From Pseudomonadota bacterium (lineage in GTDB: Bacteria; Pseudomonadota; Gammaproteobacteria; Eutrophobiales; Eutrophobiaceae), in NCBI GenBank assembly GCA_022574295.1, contig JACZSJ010000002.1, positions 1-63,384 of the forward strand: a stretch of 63,384 nt of DNA. Reading direction: 5' to 3'. How positions within the stretch are numbered: position 1 is the stretch's first letter; each line of letters opens with the position of its first letter. Shown piece after piece: positions 56,193 through 63,384 of the stretch. The notes beneath the pieces were generated by a model. It worked only from the letters and a program-made list of their open reading frames with translations. It was not told the DNA's origin and ran no database searches. A program made the translations under genes and the position numbers.

Positions 56193-56238
56193 ATACCCAA
56201 ACTATTTTGAAACCTGCATTTTTAGGTAGTTTGGGTAT
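56193..56238. repeat. 46-bp palindromic extragenic element, copy 3
   Basis: ATACCCAAACTAttttgaaacctgcatttttagGTAGTTTGGGTAT: perfect 12-bp arms and the same gaaacctgcattt core as copy 1. It starts 8 nt after the mrpB-like stop. Confidence 0.8.
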
Positions 56239-56256
56239 AAATATTAGCAATAAAGA

Positions 56257-59200
56257 TTAGCCATTATTATTTTCAACTTCATTTTGTTTTATTCTTGTCA
56301 CCTGTGGATCATCCCATGCGCCAGTGATGGTATATTGTTTGCGTAACAAGGTGTCAATTTTTTCCGGTAAAGAGTGAAAGATTTCACTAGCTATAAATAT
56401 TACTGCACCAACGCCAACACCGATAGGTCCAAATAAAGCACTGGCCACAGGCAAACTGTCTGACACCTTTGGCGTAATTGTAGCGATTTGATCATAGTCT
56501 TGATCAACAAGACCAGTTCTACCTGAAATATTGATATTGACTGATGGTCCTGACATCGTCAGATTATTGGTGTAGGCATTGCCATTCTCTATACTAAAAC
56601 GGCCCTCAATGTTGTCAAATGCAAGGCCTTTGCCGAATAAGTCAGAAAAATCAAGAGAGAGCCTTCTCGGCAGGGTCTGTAGACTCAATAGACCAAACAA
56701 CCTACCTGCTGATGGAGCTATATCTGTAAATCGACCTTTCTTTATCTCCATAAGCAGTGTTCCATTCAGATTAGTGAGCGAAAAATCTACTGGTGTTCCT
56801 TTCCATTGGGCATCAAGTGTGAGACTGGTTTCCCCCTCTTCAATCGCTGCAACATCATAATTAAATGTTTCTAACATGGTTTTCATTGATGCAGCATTTA
56901 GTGTTAGGTTAAATTTCGAATGCTGTTCATCGTTAGTAATACTCCAGATACCCGTTCCCGCTATTTCCATGTCTGTTTTGCTAAAGGTTATTTTATCGAC
57001 TGACAGATCATTAGCAATTTTTGAAGTTACAATATTCAATTGACCCAGATCGATATTGTCATAGGTTAGTTCTGATATTTCAATGTCGAGCGGGGGTATC
57101 GATCCCGGATTGATCTCGGATTTCCCTTCTTCATTTTCAGACGTATTTTTAACAAGATTCAGTTTATCGAGCTTTATTATTACAGGGTGGTCATTAATTA
57201 ATCGGTCGAAATAGATATCACCACTGATGTCATCTGCATTCAGGTTTATATGGTAGCCTGAATTAACATTTCCTAATTTCAGATTCACATCAGAGAAGTT
57301 CTGATGCATGAATTCCAGTGAGGCAACCTGAATATTCAGAGATATGATTTTATCTTTGGCCTTTGGCCTCCCTATATTTGAAATATCAGCGATTAATTTA
57401 ATCCATTCTATTGCGTTAAGTTGGTCAACATCACCAGTAATCGAAAATGGATTATTTTCATGACCAATGGTGGCTTTATCTCCAAAAGACAGGGATGTTA
57501 TGACAGACTTTTGACCATTAGTGTCACTAACATGGATTAAGCCATTGAGGGTATTCGCATAACGTATATTTATTTCACGTTTATCAACTTCTGGATACCT
57601 GAGAGATAAGCTAAACGGAGCGGGCCCGTCTGATTTTGAAAGAGGTGCTGGAAGGTCAATTGAAAGCCCTTCAAGTGTTGAAGTAATCACTAATTGTTCG
57701 TTGATTTTTAAGTTGCTTTTCGGATCGGTATTTACTAAAGATACTTCCCACAAACATGTGCCATTAATTCGCTTTTCTATTTCAGATTTATATGGTGCGA
57801 GTGAGGGGAGGTAACGTAATAATTGAGCACTGATAAATTGACTATCTGCGGTTCCACTTAGCGTGGTTTCGGCAGGAGAGCCATGACGGTTTGCTATTGC
57901 GAGTTCGACAGGGTAGTTGAAAAAATTTGCCTTCATTCCTTCAGCAGAGAAGGAATCTCGAGTGAAGTCTATCGTACCATTCAGCTCAGTGAGCTCTATT
58001 TTCATATCTGTACGTGTAAAAGTAGCATCTCTTAATGTAAGACTCCCATTGACAAAAACCGGAGCAGGAAATAAAGGGACCTCCAGAGCCAGGTCAATAC
58101 CCATACCACCGGTAAAATTCAGCGAAGGTAAATTCTTTAATGATGGATTACCTTGAAGCGGGCTATCTTTAATGAACAGCAAGCCATCTTTTACATCGCC
58201 ATTGATATGGCCATTAATTACAGCAGTCATCTTAAGATCTTTCCTTGAGAGATCTTCTATAATAATATTCACATTAGTGACTTCGGCGTTGAAAAAATTC
58301 CCGGAGGCTGCATTCACAGTCAATGTGTCACCGTTAACCATAATTCCAGCATGTATTCCATCCATGGGCGGCCAGGATGGATGGTAATCCAGTGTGCCAT
58401 CAATTATCTCGGCGAATCCCTGAAAAACACCTTCTTTATTTTTGAATGGAAATTCTTCCGGCCAACCTCTGAAAACAAATATTGCAGAAGGAATTTCTCC
58501 CGTTACAAATGATTTTCTTAACCAGCGTGATAGTTTTTCTGATGTTGTTTTTGGAAGGTAGTCGGCAATTTTTTCTATTTCACCATTCGATAATTCAAAT
58601 AGCATATTAACAAACGGAAGTTCCCTGTCTTGGTCGTATTTTAAATCACCTTTTAACTGTATAGCAAAGTCCTGAGTATGTGCATCGAGCAATTCTGTGC
58701 TTAGAAGTAAACTGTTATCCTTATATTGCCAGTTTAATTCAGTATTCAATTCGTAAAATGTCAATGGACGAACAAGAAAATCATCTAGTTCAAGTTCAGC
58801 TGAGTTGGTTGCGATATGTACGCTTCCCTCTCGTCGAGTGCCCTGTATCTGACCACTGAATCCCTCTAGCTTAAGAGGAATGTCGTTAAATTGTCCGCCT
58901 AGCTGTGAAAACCCAGTATCGATATATATTTTTTTATCAGGCTCAAGTGTCGGATCATATTTGATCACGGTGTTTTGCAGAACACCTGTAATATCAAAAT
59001 TATTTGACGGATAGAATTTTTCCGGCAAATCTGAAAAAATGTTCAGGAAAGAATCAATATCATCAAGCTTCAGGTAACTGGCACTGGCAATATATCGATA
59101 TTTATCATGTTCATCGATATAGATTTTCTTTAAAGAAAAGACAGTTTCAGGCCATTCTCCATTTGGCGTAATCAGTTCTTCCAAATCAAGAGTAAGTTCA

Positions 59201-60138
59201 ATCCCGCTGTCAGTTCTTCTGGTCGCTGAAAAACTGCCAGCTATCTTTCTGATATAAACCTCTGATTGTTTATTTGCTAACTTCAGTTCGTGGAGTTTTA
59301 TCTGTCCTTCTAATTTTCTGAGTTTCGCCTGATTCCACGTGCTCCATATCTTTATATCGCCTGTTCCTTCATGGCTCTCAATATCAAGATCTTCAATTTC
59401 TAAAAATAATGGTGAAATATTGATATCTTTACCTTCAAAATACATTTCGCCCGACCAATCAGGCGTCAGGAGATCGCCACTGGCATCCAGAGCAAAATTC
59501 AGAATATGTCCATAAGACTCGGGCAGAACTGCCGAGCCTTCAATTTGAGTGCGGTAGTCATTGTTCCTTATGCGTAGTGTTGCATCTGACAGTAATAAGG
59601 GAGCATCATTACCATTCAGATCCAGCAATGTGATTTGTGCTTTTTTTACCAATATATCTTTCTGGGCAAGAAACCATTTGGCAAGTGCGTCATTATTTAG
59701 CTGTTTACCCTTAAAATCATCAGGTAAGTATTCTGATGCAGTGATAGAACCGTCCTGTCGACGTATCAATGTCAGACTTAAGTCAGAGATAGTGATTGTT
59801 TTTGGGATAATTTCATTTCTGATCAGACTTTTAAGAATGTCAATTCTGATCAGGACTGATTGAAACTTCAGGATCTGTTTGTTTGAGACAGGATCGAGGA
59901 TACTGACCTGGTGCAGGTGTAGCTTAGGGTTCCAGCCCTGCCAGTCGGCATCAATATTTGAAATTACCACAGGGTAATTCATGTATTGACTGATCCAGTC
60001 CTGCGTTTGCTGGCGATATCCACCGATTCCTGGAAGTGCAAGGCGGACTAATGTAATGACGATCGCAGATGTCAAAACCGCAAAGGCAATTAAGTACAGG
60101 ATAGAGTGATATAAACGTTTAAAAATAATTTTTAGCAT
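56257..60138 (-). CDS. yhdP: YhdP-family AsmA-like envelope (lipid-transport) protein
   Basis: About 1294 aa with an N-terminal TM anchor, a long beta-rich body and a position downstream of rng (conserved rng-yhdP synteny). The start is taken at the ATG at 60138; the ORF-track start overlaps rng. Confidence 0.85.
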   Translation of the reverse strand: MLKIIFKRLYHSILYLIAFAVLTSAIVITLVRLALPGIGGYRQQTQDWISQYMNYPVVISNIDADWQGWNPKLHLHQVSILDPVSNKQILKFQSVLIRIDILKSLIRNEIIPKTITISDLSLTLIRRQDGSITASEYLPDDFKGKQLNNDALAKWFLAQKDILVKKAQITLLDLNGNDAPLLLSDATLRIRNNDYRTQIEGSAVLPESYGHILNFALDASGDLLTPDWSGEMYFEGKDINISPLFLEIEDLDIESHEGTGDIKIWSTWNQAKLRKLEGQIKLHELKLANKQSEVYIRKIAGSFSATRRTDSGIELTLDLEELITPNGEWPETVFSLKKIYIDEHDKYRYIASASYLKLDDIDSFLNIFSDLPEKFYPSNNFDITGVLQNTVIKYDPTLEPDKKIYIDTGFSQLGGQFNDIPLKLEGFSGQIQGTRREGSVHIATNSAELELDDFLVRPLTFYELNTELNWQYKDNSLLLSTELLDAHTQDFAIQLKGDLKYDQDRELPFVNMLFELSNGEIEKIADYLPKTTSEKLSRWLRKSFVTGEIPSAIFVFRGWPEEFPFKNKEGVFQGFAEIIDGTLDYHPSWPPMDGIHAGIMVNGDTLTVNAASGNFFNAEVTNVNIIIEDLSRKDLKMTAVINGHINGDVKDGLLFIKDSPLQGNPSLKNLPSLNFTGGMGIDLALEVPLFPAPVFVNGSLTLRDATFTRTDMKIELTELNGTIDFTRDSFSAEGMKANFFNYPVELAIANRHGSPAETTLSGTADSQFISAQLLRYLPSLAPYKSEIEKRINGTCLWEVSLVNTDPKSNLKINEQLVITSTLEGLSIDLPAPLSKSDGPAPFSLSLRYPEVDKREINIRYANTLNGLIHVSDTNGQKSVITSLSFGDKATIGHENNPFSITGDVDQLNAIEWIKLIADISNIGRPKAKDKIISLNIQVASLEFMHQNFSDVNLKLGNVNSGYHINLNADDISGDIYFDRLINDHPVIIKLDKLNLVKNTSENEEGKSEINPGSIPPLDIEISELTYDNIDLGQLNIVTSKIANDLSVDKITFSKTDMEIAGTGIWSITNDEQHSKFNLTLNAASMKTMLETFNYDVAAIEEGETSLTLDAQWKGTPVDFSLTNLNGTLLMEIKKGRFTDIAPSAGRLFGLLSLQTLPRRLSLDFSDLFGKGLAFDNIEGRFSIENGNAYTNNLTMSGPSVNINISGRTGLVDQDYDQIATITPKVSDSLPVASALFGPIGVGVGAVIFIASEIFHSLPEKIDTLLRKQYTITGAWDDPQVTRIKQNEVENNNG

Positions 60139-60148
60139 CAGAGACTGG

Positions 60149-61693
60149 TTAAAGCAAAACGATGTCATACTGTTCCTGGTTATAAAGAGGTTCCACCTGG
60201 AATGAAATTGGCCTGCCAATGAATTCTTCTAGTTCTTCCACACTGCTTGATTCTTCATCGAGTAACATATCTACAACTTCCTGTGATGCGACAACGAGTA
60301 ATTTATTTGCCTCAAATTGACGCACTTCACGCATGATTTCGCGGAAAATTTCATAACAGACTGTTTCTACTGTTTTAATGGCACCCATGCCTTTACAGGT
60401 CGGGCAGGCCTCACATAGCGTGTGCTCAAGACTTTCTCTTGTCCGTTTTCGCGTGAGTTGAACCAGACCAAGCGAGGTCAGTTCACTGATGGCTATTTTC
60501 GAATTATCTTTGCTGAGATGTTTTTCAAGAGAACGTGAAACCTGTCGACCATGTTCTGCATCCTGCATATCAATAAAATCGATAATGATGATGCCACCGA
60601 GGTTACGTAACCGTAGTTGTCTGGCTATCGTTTGTACAGCTTCCAGATTTGTTTTGTAGATTGTTTCTTCCAGATTTCTTCTTCCAACAAAAGCCCCGGT
60701 ATTGACATCAATTGTTGTCATTGCCTCAGTTTGGTCAATGATTAGATGCCCACCAGATTTTAATTGCACTTTTTTCCCCAGGGCCTTTTGAATTTCATCT
60801 TCAACAGAATAGAGATCCAGGATGGGATGTTCACCTTTGTAATATTCAATTCGCCCAAGAAATTCAGGAATAAATTTCTTGGAAAATTCCATTACCCTTT
60901 TGAAGGTTTCCTTTGAGTCAATACGAACCCTTTCAATATCCGCATGAACCAAATCTCTCATGGTACGCATAACCAATGGGAGATCTTCATAGACAACTCC
61001 GGGGGGATAGGTATTGTCTGCTCGAACGACAACAGAGTCCCATAGTTTATGCAAAAATTTTATATCTCGGTAAATCTCATCGTCCGGAATACCTTCTGCA
61101 GCTGTCCTGACGATGAAGCCGCCTTTGTCTAGTTGTGACAGGTTTTTTACGGTTTTGCCAGACGTGCCGTTTGCATCGTTGTTCGCAGTGAGGAGCAAAT
61201 TTTCTGACAGGTAATCTAATATAATATTACGTAAGCGTTCACGTTCAGTTTCATCCTCAATGCGCTGCGAGATTCCAATGTGCTGATAATTCGGGATAAA
61301 CACAAGATACCTTAATGGAATAGAAAGTCGTGTTGTTAACCTGGCTCCCTTGCTACCTAAAGGGTCTTTGACGACCTGTACCAAAACAACCTGTCCCTCA
61401 CGCAGTAATGATTCTATCGCTGGTTGCTGTGTTGAATTGTCATCGTTTGTTAGGGAAGTCTCCGTGGCAGGTACAATGTCTGATGTATGTAAAAAGCCGG
61501 TTCGCTCAAGTCCGATATCTATAAAAGCTGCCTGCATACCCGGTAAGACGCGAGAAACACTCCCCTTGAAGATGTTTCCGACCAAACCTAGTTTCTGAGA
61601 TCGCTCGACGTAGATTTCCTGTAAAATACCGTTTTCTACCACCGCAACACGGGTTTCCTGCGGGGTAACATTTATCAGAATTTCTTCGCTCAT
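60149..61693 (-). CDS. rng: ribonuclease G
   Basis: S1 domain (GNIFKGSVSRVLPGMQAAFIDIG), the RNase E/G catalytic core and the CPTCKGMG zinc link; 514 aa. Confidence 0.93.
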   Translation of the reverse strand: MSEEILINVTPQETRVAVVENGILQEIYVERSQKLGLVGNIFKGSVSRVLPGMQAAFIDIGLERTGFLHTSDIVPATETSLTNDDNSTQQPAIESLLREGQVVLVQVVKDPLGSKGARLTTRLSIPLRYLVFIPNYQHIGISQRIEDETERERLRNIILDYLSENLLLTANNDANGTSGKTVKNLSQLDKGGFIVRTAAEGIPDDEIYRDIKFLHKLWDSVVVRADNTYPPGVVYEDLPLVMRTMRDLVHADIERVRIDSKETFKRVMEFSKKFIPEFLGRIEYYKGEHPILDLYSVEDEIQKALGKKVQLKSGGHLIIDQTEAMTTIDVNTGAFVGRRNLEETIYKTNLEAVQTIARQLRLRNLGGIIIIDFIDMQDAEHGRQVSRSLEKHLSKDNSKIAISELTSLGLVQLTRKRTRESLEHTLCEACPTCKGMGAIKTVETVCYEIFREIMREVRQFEANKLLVVASQEVVDMLLDEESSSVEELEEFIGRPISFQVEPLYNQEQYDIVLL

Positions 61694-61892
61694 TTCATCT
61701 CACGATCTTCTTAATCTGGTTTAAGAAGATCCGGTAATTAGTATTAATAGAAGGAAATTATAACTGATTAATCAAGCACATGATAAAAAAACGTGAGGGT
61801 TGGGTGCATAATCAGACTGAAATGATTTCCCACACTGGTCTTCTGACGGCTGACTCATAAAATCTGTAGAATAAGGTCAGTACCCGAACTAT

Positions 61893-63347
61893 TTGGAAAT
61901 GTCATTGTTTGTAGATAAATTAAAACGTCTGTTGCCCGAAGGATTAATCATCGCTGACGAGGAATTGCTTCGGGTTTATGAATGTGATGCCCTGTCTGCA
62001 TACAGGCAACTTCCCCGTTGTGTTGTGATGCCTGAAAGTGTGGATCAAGTACAGGCGATCATGCAGCTTTGTCATCAGGAAAATGTTCCTGTTGTGGCCA
62101 GGGGTGCCGGTACAGGGCTTTCCGGGGGTGCTTTGCCCGTTGCAGATGGACTACTTCTTAGCCTGTCCAAATTCAATCAAATCATTCATCTGGATCCTGA
62201 GCAACGGATAGCCCGAGTACAGCCTGGCGTCCGAAATATTAGTGTCTCGGAGGCTGCAGCAAAATATGGTTTGTTTTATGCGCCAGATCCTTCTTCTCAA
62301 ATCGCATGCACTATCGGTGGTAATGTCGCCGAAAATGCAGGTGGAATTCATTGTTTAAAATACGGTTTGACCGTACATAACATCCTGGCAGTAAAATTGA
62401 TTACTGTCACCGGGGAATTGCTAGAGGTGGGGGGCGACGCGCTGGATTCAGCCGGCTACGATTTGCTTGCATTAATGACGGGTTCAGAAGGGATGCTCGG
62501 TGTGATTGTAGAAGTGACCCTGAAGTTATTAAGTAAACCACTCAACAACAGAGTGCTTCTTGCAGCATTCGATGAAATAGAAGAGGCGGGGAAGGGCGTC
62601 GCAGATATTATTGCTTCAGGCATTATCCCGGCTGGTCTGGAGATGATGGACAATGGCGTTATCAGGGCTGTAGAAGATTACCTGCATGCTGGATACCCTG
62701 TTGACGCAGCGGCAATTTTAATATGCGAGGTTGATGGAGCCGATGAGGAAGTCGATGAGGAATGTCGTAAGGTAGAAGCCATATTGAAAGTTGCTGGTGC
62801 CAGCGAAGTGAGGGTCGCAAGAAACAAGGAGGAAGGAGATAAATTCTGGGAAGGACGTAAGTCAGCATTTCCTGCAGTCGGGCGTATTGCTGCTGATTAC
62901 TATTGTATGGATGGCACGATTCCCAGAAAACATATAGGAAGCGTGCTAAAAAGAATAGATGAGTTAGCCCAACAATATAAACTTGGTGTCGTGAATGTTT
63001 TTCACGCAGGAGATGGAAATTTACACCCGCTGATTTTGTATGATGTAAGTATTGAGGGTGAGCTGGAGCGGGCCGAGGAGTTAGGCGGAAGGATACTGGA
63101 AGTTTGTGTGGAAGTCGGTGGTACCATCACCGGGGAGCATGGCGTCGGCATTGAGAAAATCAACCAGATGTGTGTCCAGTTTAACGCAGAGGAAATTGTT
63201 CAATTTCATGCCATAAAAAATGCCTTCGATCCGAAAGGATTACTTAATCCAGGTAAAGCAATACCCACCTTAAACAGGTGCGCAGAATTTGGTGCAATGC
63301 ATATTCATCGGGGTGAACTTCCTCACCCGGATCTGGAAAGATTTTGA
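61893..63347 (+). CDS. glcD: glycolate oxidase subunit GlcD (FAD-linked oxidase)
   Basis: FAD-binding PCMH domain (VVARGAGTGLSGGA) and a C-terminal GEHGVG motif. The ATG at 61899 is the probable start. Confidence 0.9.
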   Translation: MEMSLFVDKLKRLLPEGLIIADEELLRVYECDALSAYRQLPRCVVMPESVDQVQAIMQLCHQENVPVVARGAGTGLSGGALPVADGLLLSLSKFNQIIHLDPEQRIARVQPGVRNISVSEAAAKYGLFYAPDPSSQIACTIGGNVAENAGGIHCLKYGLTVHNILAVKLITVTGELLEVGGDALDSAGYDLLALMTGSEGMLGVIVEVTLKLLSKPLNNRVLLAAFDEIEEAGKGVADIIASGIIPAGLEMMDNGVIRAVEDYLHAGYPVDAAAILICEVDGADEEVDEECRKVEAILKVAGASEVRVARNKEEGDKFWEGRKSAFPAVGRIAADYYCMDGTIPRKHIGSVLKRIDELAQQYKLGVVNVFHAGDGNLHPLILYDVSIEGELERAEELGGRILEVCVEVGGTITGEHGVGIEKINQMCVQFNAEEIVQFHAIKNAFDPKGLLNPGKAIPTLNRCAEFGAMHIHRGELPHPDLERF

Positions 63348-63384
63348 CAGACAAAATAGTTCGACAATACCAGCAACAAGTACA
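63344..63384 (+). CDS. possible 5' end of glycolate oxidase subunit GlcE (partial, runs off the window)
   Basis: An open frame, (TTG)TDKIVRQYQQQV..., overlaps the glcD stop. It is called only from the expected glcDEF order. Confidence 0.25.
   Translation, partial: MTDKIVRQYQQQV

Noticed and set aside
1-63384. tRNA, rRNA, tmRNA or other canonical RNA genes
   Set aside because: I scanned the larger intergenic regions (1791-2147, 2355-2638, 23129-23369, 36706-36843, 43854-44149, 49214-49561, 52178-52433, 61694-61892). None showed T-loop GGTTCGA-type boxes or cloverleaf-compatible stems. This is manual inspection only, so a tRNAscan or Infernal run would be decisive.

Overview
This is a 63.4 kb AT-rich chromosomal segment. 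By gene content and synteny it looks like a marine gammaproteobacterium; I did not compute GC content and ran no searches. About 60 protein genes are supportable, and most are core housekeeping. They include cspA, metG, apbC, dcd, cysG, htpX, pgpA, ilvD, argE, argA, clpSA, aceA, aceK, icd, acnB, mnmA, nudJ-like, yhdP, rng and glcD. I saw no rRNA, tRNA or CRISPR array.

The points worth a second look are these:
1. A proteobacterial dedicated (class GN) sortase locus has an intact two-component system. Its sortase carries an in-frame TGA at a conserved Trp position, and the usual large substrate gene is absent.
2. The rnfABCDG cluster has no rnfE. Its RnfA has lost both cysteines expected to ligate the RnfA/RnfE iron-sulfur centre.
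3. An Mrp-type antiporter operon stops after the E, F, G and B-like subunits, with no C, D or A.
4. Three families of non-coding repeats are present: a roughly 45-bp palindromic element, a small element with terminal inverted repeats, and a tandem 71-bp REP-like unit. Two of them sit exactly at the truncated ends of the rnf and mrp clusters.
5. An integrase 3' remnant lies at the left edge, next to an orphan tungstate-binding protein gene.
6. An 808-aa protein combines two cNMP-binding domains, a rhodanese domain and a long coiled coil. A stand-alone formaldehyde-activating-enzyme homologue follows it directly.
7. An autotransporter-barrel gene appears frameshifted near its 3' end.

All functional calls rest on motif and family recognition by eye and need HMM or BLAST confirmation.
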